Positions 38,553 to 48,686 of a DNA stretch of 64,000 bases are shown here, in pieces. The stretch comes from Candidatus Hodarchaeota archaeon. Its GTDB lineage: Archaea; Asgardarchaeota; Heimdallarchaeia; Hodarchaeales; Hodarchaeaceae. How positions within the stretch are numbered: the first letter of the stretch is position 1; each line of letters opens with the position of its first letter. A program made the translations under genes and the position numbers. The notes under the pieces are model-generated. The model saw nothing but the letters and a program-made list of their open reading frames with translations. It made no database searches and was not told the DNA's origin. The DNA is taken from contig JAEOTQ010000177.1 in NCBI GenBank assembly GCA_016839785.1, positions 1 through 64,000 of the forward strand, written 5' to 3'.

Positions 38553-39806
38553 ATGGGATATACAGTTATTGAAAAAATCATTGCTGATCATTCCTCCGAG
38601 GAAGTGGCCCCAGAAAAAATTGTCTGGTTAAATATTGATGTAAGATCCGCACGTGATTTTGGTGGTGCAAATGTAGTCAAAAATCTTGAGAAAAACTATC
38701 CAGGGGAATCTCATGTTGCTGACCCAACGAAGACGTTCTTTACATTCGATTGTGTCGTTCCAGCTAACAATTTAGGATATGCTGAAAATCAACAAGTAGC
38801 CAGGGTATTTGCTCGAAAGAATCTACCCCGAAATAATTTGTACGATGTAAACGCAGGTATTGGTTCTCACATAATGATTGAAAAAGGTATTGCGGTTCCC
38901 AATAGCACCGTTGTTGGAACTGATTCGCATTTAAATATTCTTGGAGCAATAGGAGCATTCGGACAAGGGATGGGTGATCAGGATATTGCCTTTACATTTA
39001 AAACAGGGAAAACTTGGTTCGAGGTTCCTTATACAATGCGAGTTACCATTGATGGTACTCCAGCTAAGAATTCTTCAGCTAAAGATGTTACTTTAGGGGT
39101 GTTAGAGAAATTAGGTTCGAAAGGCGCATTAGGTAAATCAGTAGAATTTTACGGAGCTACTATCGATGCTCTCGATTTAGCAGGACGTATTACTCTTGCG
39201 AGTCAAGTCACTGAAATGGGCGGAATAATTGGATTAATTACTCCCAATAGCTCAATCATAGAATACTGTAAGGAAAGAAGTGGTCGTGATTTTCCGATTC
39301 ACAAAGCTGATGACGATGTTGATTATGTAGAGGATATACATTATGATTTTGAAGGGATTGAGCCACGAATTGCTTTACCCCCGAATCCTGCCAATGTGAG
39401 ACCAGTCGCGGAGGTTACAGGTATCAAAGTGGATTCTGTCGTCATTGCTTCCTGCACAAATGGCCGATACGAAGATTTTGCTATCGCAGCCAAGATTCTC
39501 AAGGGTAAAAAAGTTCATCAAGATGTGATGATGAAAGTTGTTCCTGCAACCCAAGAAGTTTACGGTCAATTATTACAAAATGGGCTTGTGGATCTATTCT
39601 ATCAATCTGGTGCTATTATAAGTAATCCCGGATGCGCAAGTTGTGCAAGTGGGCAAATTGGGATGACTGGTGACGGGGAAGTGCAGGTTACTACAGGAAA
39701 TCGAAATTTTACAGGAAAGCAAGGTAAAGGAGATACTTATCTCGCATCCCCAGCTACTGCAGCAGCTTGTGCCCTTGCAGGAGAAATCGTTGTCCCGGAA
39801 CTATAA
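38553..39806 (+). CDS. Second LeuC/HacA-type aconitase-family large subunit
   Basis: GTDSH..ILGA, ASCTNGR, CASCASG, NRNFTGKQG, YLASPA. ATG at 38553. Confidence 0.9.
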   Translation: MGYTVIEKIIADHSSEEVAPEKIVWLNIDVRSARDFGGANVVKNLEKNYPGESHVADPTKTFFTFDCVVPANNLGYAENQQVARVFARKNLPRNNLYDVNAGIGSHIMIEKGIAVPNSTVVGTDSHLNILGAIGAFGQGMGDQDIAFTFKTGKTWFEVPYTMRVTIDGTPAKNSSAKDVTLGVLEKLGSKGALGKSVEFYGATIDALDLAGRITLASQVTEMGGIIGLITPNSSIIEYCKERSGRDFPIHKADDDVDYVEDIHYDFEGIEPRIALPPNPANVRPVAEVTGIKVDSVVIASCTNGRYEDFAIAAKILKGKKVHQDVMMKVVPATQEVYGQLLQNGLVDLFYQSGAIISNPGCASCASGQIGMTGDGEVQVTTGNRNFTGKQGKGDTYLASPATAAACALAGEIVVPEL

Positions 39807-39826
39807 TTCAATAGGAGAAGAACATT

Positions 39827-40360
39827 ATGAAAAAATCTACAACTCTAACTGGAAAAGCAATTGTGATAAAGGATAGTCAAGGTACAGGTATTGATGACAT
39901 AGATACAGATATGATTTTCCACAACAAACACTTACATATCACCGATATAAATGAAATGGGTCAATATGCTTTTGGAAATTTGGAGGGATGGAAAGAGTTT
40001 TCCTCATTGGTGACAGAGAATTCTATTTTAATTGTTGGTAAGAATTTTGGTGCAGGATCTTCACGACAACAAGCTGTTGACTGTTTCAAAGCTTTAGAAG
40101 TTATGTTAATTATAGGCGAATCCTTTGGAGCTATTTATAAGCGAAATGCCATCAATTCCGGAATGCCATTATTAACAGCTCCTGAAATTATGAAAACTGC
40201 AATTGAAACTGGAGATCTACTAAAAATCGATTTAACCACTGGGAAAATTTCATCTGAAACAAAAAAGTTACAATTCAGTAATATTACACCACTATCACAG
40301 GTACAGCTTGATATTTATTATGCTGGAAATCTATTTGAGTACGGAAAAAGTCTGGAGTAG
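39827..40360 (+). CDS. Second LeuD/HacB-type small subunit
   Basis: DIDTDMI, VGKNFGAGSSRQQA, SFGAIYKRNAINSG. Confidence 0.9.
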   Translation: MKKSTTLTGKAIVIKDSQGTGIDDIDTDMIFHNKHLHITDINEMGQYAFGNLEGWKEFSSLVTENSILIVGKNFGAGSSRQQAVDCFKALEVMLIIGESFGAIYKRNAINSGMPLLTAPEIMKTAIETGDLLKIDLTTGKISSETKKLQFSNITPLSQVQLDIYYAGNLFEYGKSLE

Positions 40361-40375
40361 TTCGGAATTTTGAAC

Positions 40376-41137
40376 TTACCTAGTTGAAACGGCCTGTAAA
40401 AATTGTTTCATCAGTTCTTTGGGATTTTCAGATTTCTCTAATACAGAAGAGACTACGATTAGATCAGATCCTGCTTCTACTAATCCCTCAACCTGTTCTT
40501 GCGTCCTGATTCCTCCTCCAGTGATCAACTCAGCATGCTTTCCATGAGCTAAACTTGATGCACGTTTTACGAGCTCTAGCCTGTTAGCTATAGATGCAGA
40601 AAAATTTCCCGAACCTGCTTCGATATAACACATTTCCCAGTAAGGACGCCATTTCAGAGTTAATTCCTCATATGCTTCCTCATCGGTAAGTGCCTTTGCT
40701 CGAAGTTTTTTGCCAACAGAGGATTCAGGACTTAAAACGATATATCCGTACTTCCGGTCCTTTGGGAATTGACCAAAGATCAGGCGCCTAGTCCATTTAA
40801 ACAACCAATGATATTTCTTACCAAGTTTAAGCACGACTTTTATCCTGAAACGGTAGCAATTCAATAATGTAGGCATCTGAATGTAATCAGCTAATGAAGA
40901 AATTTGGAATGGATGCCCTGGAAAAATTACAACTGGCGGAAGGGTGTGGTCGAGTTTCTTGAGACGCCGAAGGTATTTATGAACTCCCCTCATAATTTCG
41001 TGCGAATCTCCTACCCAAATTTCAAGTGGAAGCTGGGAAGGATCCTCATGCTCTTTGAGTATCTCGGTAAGAGCCATGTACATCCGTTCGGTCGCGTCAC
41101 CCTTATTTGGGTCAATAAGCACTGCTAATTTCGCGAT
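40376..41137 (-). CDS. Geranylgeranylglyceryl-phosphate synthase (PcrB/GGGPS) homologue, divergent; probable ATC start
   Basis: (I)AKLAVLIDP, VVIFPG, YIEAGSG, GGGIR, AGSDLIVV. AAGGTGGAG lies just upstream of ATC at 41137; the GTG alternative is at 41122. Confidence 0.75.
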   Translation of the reverse strand: MAKLAVLIDPNKGDATERMYMALTEILKEHEDPSQLPLEIWVGDSHEIMRGVHKYLRRLKKLDHTLPPVVIFPGHPFQISSLADYIQMPTLLNCYRFRIKVVLKLGKKYHWLFKWTRRLIFGQFPKDRKYGYIVLSPESSVGKKLRAKALTDEEAYEELTLKWRPYWEMCYIEAGSGNFSASIANRLELVKRASSLAHGKHAELITGGGIRTQEQVEGLVEAGSDLIVVSSVLEKSENPKELMKQFLQAVSTR

Positions 41138-41239
41138 TTACTCCACCTTCTATCTCATCTAAACCAGCTTTTTTTATAACATAAGTTTATCTTTAAACAC
41201 AAATTCACTTTTCAGTAATTATAACTTTTGTTGAATATC

Positions 41240-41896
41240 ATGACTTCTTCTGAGATTAGACGTGACTTCCATGTTCACACGAACTTCTCTGATGGGTATT
41301 CCTCTCCAGAAGAATTAATCAAATTTGGAATTGAGAAAAATATCGAACAAATATGTTTTACTGATCATTATTCTTTTTTCAAACCAGCAATAACTGATGA
41401 GAATTTTAATTTATATTTAGATACGATTCAAAACTTAAAGAAGAAATATTCGAAGAAAATCCAGATTTTTATTGGGATTGAAGTAGATACTTCATCGATT
41501 GAAGATTTCGATCATCTCGGACACTATCCATGGGATCTAATTTTATTTGAGTACGTTTTCGGTTTACCAAACTGGTATGAAATTTTTTCTAAAGTAAAGA
41601 GATTTACATCTAAATTTCCCAGTAAAAATGTTGGATTTGCTCATACTCGCTTTTCCCGACTAACACATGCAAAATTTGAGGAAGTAATGAATGTGATACA
41701 GCAGTACGGCCTCATCATTGAATTGAACACTGGTTATCAGAATTATCTAGACCCATGGTTCAATTATATGGATGATCAAAATAAATTTTCTGTTGGATCG
41801 GATGCACACTCCTTAGAACAACTTGGTAATATAAATGGGGGTATCAGCTTTCTCAAAAGAAGGAATATTTCGATTGATCGAATCATTGAATTATAA
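41240..41896 (+). CDS. PHP-domain phosphoesterase
   Basis: DFHVHTNFSDG, FTDH, GIE, AH, IELN, GSDAH. Confidence 0.9.
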   Translation: MTSSEIRRDFHVHTNFSDGYSSPEELIKFGIEKNIEQICFTDHYSFFKPAITDENFNLYLDTIQNLKKKYSKKIQIFIGIEVDTSSIEDFDHLGHYPWDLILFEYVFGLPNWYEIFSKVKRFTSKFPSKNVGFAHTRFSRLTHAKFEEVMNVIQQYGLIIELNTGYQNYLDPWFNYMDDQNKFSVGSDAHSLEQLGNINGGISFLKRRNISIDRIIEL

Positions 41897-41949
41897 ACAC
41901 ATATCACAATTGCCCAGTAGATAGACCATATTCCACATTACGGACGTAG

Positions 41950-43005
41950 ATGAATAGAATGTCCTTACTCTTTGATCTTAACACGATTCTTGAAGATTTT
42001 TCTGATATGATGAAACAAACAGTTCGTTATGTTTATGCTCTCTCACTTTTACCAAGGCCAAAGGTAGCTTTTCATGCTAGCGATGCAGATGGCATAGTTT
42101 CAGCTGTCATCTTAAAGAATCTTTCACCTTTCCGAAAATATGTATTTATTCCGTTAGGATATCAAGAATTACGGCATCCAGAGTTTGGTTCATTCTTATC
42201 TTGTGTTGAATGGAAAGCTATCGCAGATTTAGCTCCATTTCACACCAAAAGAATCACTCTTTACTGTGATCATCACCAAACATCAAAAGAATTGCCGAAA
42301 AACGCCGACCTCGTCCTTTTCCAAGCTGGTGCTCCAAGTGCTTCTTTTCTACTTGCCCAGCATTTTTACGCTCATTTATCCCCAAAAATTCAATTATTAG
42401 CTCAACTTACAGTAATTACGGACACGGCTTCTTATACCACGCCTCCTCCTACTGAACTTCCCAAAGATCTAGATCAGGCCCCAGAGGAAGAGCTAGCATG
42501 GCTTCTTGACGACTTATGTAGAACGGTTGATACCCCTGAAGAGATCTTAACTCTAGTTCAGGATCTTTCTTCTCGACAATTGCAAATCAGTGACCAACCT
42601 GAATATCAGGAGAGACTGTACAAGTTGTATAGTTTACGAAAGCAAAGCTTTGAAATAGCGAACAACATACCCAATGCAGATGTAATAATCGTTATTCAAG
42701 GAAAGAACAAAGTTTTGACGTCTTCGTTGGTATACAGGCTTTTTGAAAAGGGTGTAAAACTAACATGTGTTTTATATCCTGGCAAACGATTTACGGGGTT
42801 ATCATTCCGTGTGAGTTCCGCTATCTCGGATTTACAACTACCTGACTATCGTGTTGACACATTAGCTTCAGACTTTTCAGGTGGAGGACACCCTCGGGCA
42901 GCAGGTGGACGGTCAGATTCTTTAAAAGAAGCTTTACAGAAGCTGAATGGCTGGATTGAGAAGAAGAATTTATCTGTCAACGTCTATGATCTACGAAAAG
43001 AGTAA
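41950..43005 (+). CDS. DHH/DHHA1 phosphoesterase
   Basis: DADG, DL, CDHH, DT, GGGHPRAAGG. Confidence 0.88.
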   Translation: MNRMSLLFDLNTILEDFSDMMKQTVRYVYALSLLPRPKVAFHASDADGIVSAVILKNLSPFRKYVFIPLGYQELRHPEFGSFLSCVEWKAIADLAPFHTKRITLYCDHHQTSKELPKNADLVLFQAGAPSASFLLAQHFYAHLSPKIQLLAQLTVITDTASYTTPPPTELPKDLDQAPEEELAWLLDDLCRTVDTPEEILTLVQDLSSRQLQISDQPEYQERLYKLYSLRKQSFEIANNIPNADVIIVIQGKNKVLTSSLVYRLFEKGVKLTCVLYPGKRFTGLSFRVSSAISDLQLPDYRVDTLASDFSGGGHPRAAGGRSDSLKEALQKLNGWIEKKNLSVNVYDLRKE

Positions 43006-43018
43006 AAACAAGTACTGG

Positions 43019-43387
43019 TTATTTATTTGTGTCTTTATACGGTCCTAGTTTACCTGAAACCATTTCGATTGGAAATCGTGATTCATTCTCAGAGAGTTTA
43101 CTCCGAACAGCCGTAGCTATATCAATATTACAAGTATTGACCATACTTAGAAGATAAATAAGTACATCAGCTAATTCATCTTCCAGCGCCTTTTTCAAAG
43201 AAGGATCTTTATGTACGTTTTCCGATGCCTCTTCAGTTGTCACCCACTGGAATAATTCCATAATTTCAGCTGCTTCAATCGAAATTGACATTGCTAAATT
43301 TTTTGGGGTATGATACTTGTTCCAATCTCGTGTGTTAATGAAATCCGCAACTAGCTCAGATAATTCTGTGAGGGTTGTTTCTGTCAT
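43019..43387 (-). CDS. MazG-like nucleotide pyrophosphohydrolase (dCTPase-like)
   Basis: RDW.KYHTPKNLAMSISIEAAEIMELFQW...EDELADVLIY. Confidence 0.92.
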   Translation of the reverse strand: MTETTLTELSELVADFINTRDWNKYHTPKNLAMSISIEAAEIMELFQWVTTEEASENVHKDPSLKKALEDELADVLIYLLSMVNTCNIDIATAVRSKLSENESRFPIEMVSGKLGPYKDTNK

Positions 43388-43393
43388 GATTTT

Positions 43394-44344
43394 TTACTCC
43401 TTTGTCACTTCAATTCTGTATTGAACCTCAAATTTTTGGATATTAACATATTCTTGACCGTCTTCAGTGAAAGATTGACCACTTGGTCTAACAAACCTAA
43501 GCCGAAGTGTGTTCGAACTTTTATCAAACCCGATTTCATCCCATTTGTTAAGAAAATCCCCATATGCAAGAGATTTTAACGCAGAGGGCGAGCTTCGATC
43601 GATTTCGTCAGAGATGAATTCCTCTTCCTTAAATGGTACAAGTTGAGATGGTTCCAATGGAATCTTCTTTTTTAGAGTTTCAGATACTCCCTCATAATAA
43701 TTGAGAGTGGTTTTTATTTCCTCAGGATCGTAAAAAATTACAAAATAATTTGGTAAAGGATTGATCCAACTTATAAACAAATCCAACGGAATTCCTGAAT
43801 ACGGTAACCTAAATTTTATAGTTCCATCAAGATTGACAATAAAAGGACTCCATGCTGACGTTTGAGGGTCATAGCTAATTGTTAACACATCTGAACTCAT
43901 AGTTGAGCATAGTACTGTTGTAGTATTGGGAAGAGGAGGAGATACAAATGATTTTGTACTAAGTGAGTAGAATTTTGTGATTATATCGAGTTCCTCTGTC
44001 ACAAAGTATAAGCAGAGGATTTCACCCTTATATCCCCACGGAGCATAATAGGAACGAATAAAAGAAGAATAATAGATAGGAAGAAAGAAATACTGATCCT
44101 CGAACGAATGGACATCTGTAATCTCAACTTCTCCCTCAAATATCGAGATCTTCCACACATAATGAGCCATACGAATTTCCTCGACGGAATGAAAAACGAG
44201 GGAGAAATCAGAAGTTGGACTTTTAAATTCTAATTTTCCAGGCATAGTTTCAAAAGGAACGGGAATGGGTTCTCCTAAAGGTATTAGTTTCAACATGATT
44301 TTATTCCACAAGAAGTCATTACTAGCTAGAAAAAACTTTATCAA
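43394..44344 (-). CDS. Hypothetical beta-rich protein
   Basis: 316-aa ORF; no recognised motif. Confidence 0.6.
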   Translation of the reverse strand: MIKFFLASNDFLWNKIMLKLIPLGEPIPVPFETMPGKLEFKSPTSDFSLVFHSVEEIRMAHYVWKISIFEGEVEITDVHSFEDQYFFLPIYYSSFIRSYYAPWGYKGEILCLYFVTEELDIITKFYSLSTKSFVSPPLPNTTTVLCSTMSSDVLTISYDPQTSAWSPFIVNLDGTIKFRLPYSGIPLDLFISWINPLPNYFVIFYDPEEIKTTLNYYEGVSETLKKKIPLEPSQLVPFKEEEFISDEIDRSSPSALKSLAYGDFLNKWDEIGFDKSSNTLRLRFVRPSGQSFTEDGQEYVNIQKFEVQYRIEVTKE

Positions 44345-44383
44345 TTATCCTGTTGAACTTTTTCTCATTGGATTCGAGGTCGG

Positions 44384-45118
44384 ATGAGTCTCTCAGAAAT
44401 TCCCTCTCTAAGAAGTAATGAAACTCTTCTACATAATAAAATTAAGTCGATTTATGATAAAAATGAAAATGTGAAAACAGAAGTAACACAAAAAGTGAAT
44501 GGAAAAAATTTTCGTTTTGATTTGTTAGATGACGATAAGACAATTATATACGAAATCCAGAGAGCGAGTTTCGGAGGGCGGTTTTCTCGGAAAATTCAAA
44601 CCTTATTGGAATCAACCAAATATCGCATTAGAATAATACATCCCATCGTGCATAAACAAAAAATAACACGATTGAATGGAAATGACCATATTTCGACTTC
44701 ATATCGGAATTTTTATTCTACTGAATATAATTTTTTTGATCAATTAGTTTACTTTAAAGTTAAATATCAAGATCGATTAGAATTCGATATTTTGGTGATT
44801 TATGAACATCTAATTAAGCAATTTGCTGGATATTATCAAAGAAGTGGAAGACGAAGATTCCAAACATTAAATCGTGATTTAGTCCGTGTTGATTCTATGA
44901 GTAAAATTAGAACTAAGCAAGATTTTTACAATTTCCTTCCAGAAGAATTACCTTCTTGCTTCACAAACCAAGACCTACAAAATTCATTAAAGTTTAAGAA
45001 ACAATCCCCGCGTAGTGGCCGATTGCCAGGGAAGATTACTTATTCAATGTGCCAATTAGGTCTTCTTGAACGGGTTGGAAAAAAAAGGAATGCGCATGTG
45101 TTTACACGACAACATTAG
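44384..45118 (+). CDS. Putative PD-(D/E)xK nuclease-like protein with C-terminal wHTH
   Basis: LH..IK, E.......RFD........IYEIQ; FTNQDL...YSMCQLGLLERVGKKRNAHVF. Confidence 0.6.
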   Translation: MSLSEIPSLRSNETLLHNKIKSIYDKNENVKTEVTQKVNGKNFRFDLLDDDKTIIYEIQRASFGGRFSRKIQTLLESTKYRIRIIHPIVHKQKITRLNGNDHISTSYRNFYSTEYNFFDQLVYFKVKYQDRLEFDILVIYEHLIKQFAGYYQRSGRRRFQTLNRDLVRVDSMSKIRTKQDFYNFLPEELPSCFTNQDLQNSLKFKKQSPRSGRLPGKITYSMCQLGLLERVGKKRNAHVFTRQH

Positions 45119-45119
45119 C

Positions 45120-45959
45120 TTAATTTTCAAGATAAACTTTGAAATCCTTAGTGATTAATAAGCCTTGTACCTTTGATTCAACAATATTATAATTTTTCAA
45201 GATTTTGATATAATAGGACAATAAGGATTTGTTATAACCTAACTCTGTACAAAGATCCTTTTGAGTTCTTATATTCGGATAATTTATTAGAACAAATAGA
45301 ATTTCAGAAATACGTTTATTTTGCAGAAGGGAGTATAAAAGTTTTTCATTGGTAGAAAATTCTTTTTCTCGTGTAAAATAATGATTCGACTTTCCCAATG
45401 AAACCATATCAATCTCCATTTCTTGAGCTAATATCCGCACCCAATATTGAGTGGAACCCATGGCTAAGCCCGAAGTTCGTGCTAATCCTCGTAGTGAAAT
45501 ACCTGGATTTAGTGTTATAGTAGTTTTAACAAGAGATTTATTATTTCCCCAATCCTTTTTAAATTTAGAATACTGGAGTAATTTGTATAATTGATAAGAC
45601 AATAGCCCTACTAAGACACCAGATAATTCAGTTAGAAAATCAAAAGAATTCAGAAATGATTCTAACATCATTGTGGATTGATCAGAACTAGCTATTGTCA
45701 CAATTGCCTCTTGATTACTGTTACCCACATGGGAAAGACCGCCTATATCTATCAGTGATTGAGTTCCGTATGAAACGCCTAATTTTAAGGAGAAGGCAAG
45801 AAAGTTTCTATTAGACTCAGAAGCACTGACATCTACGGAAGGAGTGTCAACGATAGTAACGAATGAATAGCATACCATAAAAAATAGTGTAAACATTGAC
45901 AGATATTGCCATCCATTTTTTCGAGGAATGCTAATCACCTTTAGAAGACAATGAGGCAT
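45120..45959 (-). CDS. Membrane-anchored double winged-helix regulator
   Basis: Two TM segments, then NPGISLRGLARTSGLAMGSTQY and TQKDLCTELGYNKSLLSYYIKIL. Confidence 0.72.
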   Translation of the reverse strand: MPHCLLKVISIPRKNGWQYLSMFTLFFMVCYSFVTIVDTPSVDVSASESNRNFLAFSLKLGVSYGTQSLIDIGGLSHVGNSNQEAIVTIASSDQSTMMLESFLNSFDFLTELSGVLVGLLSYQLYKLLQYSKFKKDWGNNKSLVKTTITLNPGISLRGLARTSGLAMGSTQYWVRILAQEMEIDMVSLGKSNHYFTREKEFSTNEKLLYSLLQNKRISEILFVLINYPNIRTQKDLCTELGYNKSLLSYYIKILKNYNIVESKVQGLLITKDFKVYLEN

Positions 45960-46114
45960 TCATCCTTTTAATTATTTCTCCAAAGGCAATTATTGGTTCA
46001 AAAATCGTACTAGGAATATTTATTCCCGTAACATCGACAGGGAATAAGAAATACTTTAGAAATTGTACCACAAAGATTATAAAAATTTCAAATTCAATTC
46101 TCTCTTGAATCAGG

Positions 46115-46822
46115 TTGATAGAAGTGCAATATTCCTCCTCTGCTCCAATAATTGAACTGAAAGCTATTAGTAAACACTTTAAAGTAGGTAAAGAGCGAAT
46201 AGAATTATTTAAAGACCTAGAATTCAACTGTAACGAAAATGAATTCATTATATTTACGGGACCAAGCGGTTGTGGGAAAACAACACTTCTACAAATAATT
46301 GCAGGGTTAACACGAGTCGAAAAGGGTATAGTACGTGTATATGATCATAATATAATGGAATTTAATGAAGAGTCGCTTGCCTTATTTCGCTCCTCCACAA
46401 TCGGCCTAGTCTTCCAGATGGGACATTTAATAGAAACACTTACAGTGCTAGAAAATATCCTACTTCCCGTGGAATTGGCCCAAAGAGAGGAAAAGGATTA
46501 TGAAAAACGTGCCTGGGAGTTATTAGAGGAATTTTACATGTCTCATCGTGCTCATTCACTTCCACGTATGATTAGTGGGGGGGAATATCAACGAGTAGCG
46601 TTTATTCGTGCGTTAATTCTAGATCCTCACATTTTACTGGTCGATGAACCAACAGCCAATCAAGATGAAAGAACTAAGGTAGCAATTTTTCAGAAACTTG
46701 CACAGCTTAAAGGTAAAAAAACCATTCTAGTTGTTACGCACTCTCGTGACATATTTCCACATGCTGATCGAATTTTTATCCCTGATAATTTGAAACTGTG
46801 TGAAAAAAATGGGATCGCTTAA
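46115..46822 (+). CDS. ABC ATP-binding protein (LolD/MacB type)
   Basis: GPSGCGKTT, VFQ, ISGGEYQRVA, LVDEPT, VTH. Confidence 0.92.
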   Translation: MIEVQYSSSAPIIELKAISKHFKVGKERIELFKDLEFNCNENEFIIFTGPSGCGKTTLLQIIAGLTRVEKGIVRVYDHNIMEFNEESLALFRSSTIGLVFQMGHLIETLTVLENILLPVELAQREEKDYEKRAWELLEEFYMSHRAHSLPRMISGGEYQRVAFIRALILDPHILLVDEPTANQDERTKVAIFQKLAQLKGKKTILVVTHSRDIFPHADRIFIPDNLKLCEKNGIA

Positions 46823-48626
46823 TATCGCTTGGAAGGATGTCATCAGGAAACCAGAGAGATCCTTTCTCTATATCTTCACTCACTCATTACTAGTCGCTAC
46901 AGGCATTAATATCTTCCTTATATCTTCTGTCTTACAATTACAAGTTGATCAAGCCACACAAATGTTTAATGGGTCAATCATCAATATTATGGATATGTAT
47001 CTCCTTTTTTTAACAGGTTTTTCTTTTTTGGCCTCAATTATTTCTGCAAGTGTTCTTGCATCATTACTTGCAGTATCCAGAATGAAGGATTTAGCAGTTT
47101 TTCAGTCTCTGGGTGGTACTTTCAAGCAGATCCAACGAATTCCCATTGCAGAAATTTTCATAATTACTACTATTGGGGGAATCGTAGGGATTATAGAGGG
47201 ATCTGTTTTGGGAGCGCTGCTCCTTTCTTTTTTGGATTTTTCAATTTTACAAATACCTATTTGGGAATTTATACTTTTCTCCTTTTTATTTTTGTTTTTT
47301 TCTGCAGTGGGAACTTATTTTGCCGCAGGATTTGTTATTAACGTATTTATAAGAAGAAAATTTCGTGAAATCTTAGATAGTCAATATTTTTTAACACCTA
47401 CACACCCTAAGAGAATTTGGGGAATATCGACTAAGAAAAGAACTGCTTTTCGACTGGGCCATCTTCTCCAAACAAGGGCTCGATTGGTATCACGTATTAT
47501 GATACTAGGTATTCTTGTTCTTACATTGATCTCCTCATTCGGAATATTAGGGGGATCTATTATACAAAGCACCACGGACACCTACGTGAAACGAGGATAT
47601 GGAGGAGAGGATGTAGTAATTATTACACCTTCTCCTTCATTTTCTGATATCATAAAGAGGTGTTATGATCCTCATGAAAAATTAACCTTTAATCCTTCTC
47701 CAAATTTTGCGAATGAATTTATCCCAGGAAGTTTCCTTAGTAATCTACCAAGTGACACAATTTTTGAATCAAGATTACTTGTTTTAGGTACTATTCGCTT
47801 GTTGGAAGCTCTTCGAGAAGTAAATGACGTTATATCAGCTGTTAATAGTACATTTAATAGTTATATTTGGGGAGTCGATTCATCATTCTCAAGTATTTTC
47901 AACTATTATTCAGTCGGTGGTTCATCTGATTATCCAACCGAGGATTTCATGTTTATGGCTGATGGATATCACCAGTTCGTTATCCATCAGGGAGTGATGC
48001 AGGTAATCCCTAAAACAGCGAATGGGGATGTACTTGAACTTCAAAGATTTAAGGTCAGTAAAGTCTTGATGGATCCATTTGCCAAGGGATATTGCACATA
48101 TTTACATATTAACTCATTATCAGAGTTGAGCTGGAATATAACTAATACACAGAGAAATGTTGTATTCATCAAAAACCCAAATGAGGATATTCTTAATCTA
48201 ATCAATATTTCAGGGTTTGATTATTTCTATTTGAATTCTTATGGGAAAATTTACCAATCTTTTAGTGCTCAATTCTGGTTAGTCTCAAATATCGTTCTTC
48301 TCCCAGTTGTTCTATCTATAGGCTTATCCTTGGTTGCCTTTTCAAGTTTATATATCTTAATTCTAGAAAAGGATCTTTACATCATGCGAGTCCTTGGATG
48401 TAAGGCCAAAGTAATGAAACGAGTTATAATTTGGATAAACATCTTTGTTAGTCTTCCAGGCATTTTTTCGGGTCTTTTACTTGGATTTAGCTCCTCTTAT
48501 TCACTATTAATTCCTCAACCCGTTCTTCCATCCTTTTCTTCTTGGTTTTTGCTTATTTCATCCTTTCTGTTGATAACGATACTCGTAGAACAATACATCA
48601 GGCGATTCGTTAGATCTATGAGATGA
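46800..48626 (+). CDS. FtsX-like ABC permease
   Basis: RMKDLAVFQSLGG and KDLYIMRVLG FtsX repeats; multiple TM segments. Confidence 0.85.
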   Translation: MKKMGSLNIAWKDVIRKPERSFLYIFTHSLLVATGINIFLISSVLQLQVDQATQMFNGSIINIMDMYLLFLTGFSFLASIISASVLASLLAVSRMKDLAVFQSLGGTFKQIQRIPIAEIFIITTIGGIVGIIEGSVLGALLLSFLDFSILQIPIWEFILFSFLFLFFSAVGTYFAAGFVINVFIRRKFREILDSQYFLTPTHPKRIWGISTKKRTAFRLGHLLQTRARLVSRIMILGILVLTLISSFGILGGSIIQSTTDTYVKRGYGGEDVVIITPSPSFSDIIKRCYDPHEKLTFNPSPNFANEFIPGSFLSNLPSDTIFESRLLVLGTIRLLEALREVNDVISAVNSTFNSYIWGVDSSFSSIFNYYSVGGSSDYPTEDFMFMADGYHQFVIHQGVMQVIPKTANGDVLELQRFKVSKVLMDPFAKGYCTYLHINSLSELSWNITNTQRNVVFIKNPNEDILNLINISGFDYFYLNSYGKIYQSFSAQFWLVSNIVLLPVVLSIGLSLVAFSSLYILILEKDLYIMRVLGCKAKVMKRVIIWINIFVSLPGIFSGLLLGFSSSYSLLIPQPVLPSFSSWFLLISSFLLITILVEQYIRRFVRSMR

Positions 48627-48686
48627 GACTCCTTAGCTTAATCGAATGATTATACAATATAAGCTATAGTTCAAAAATCCCTAAAT

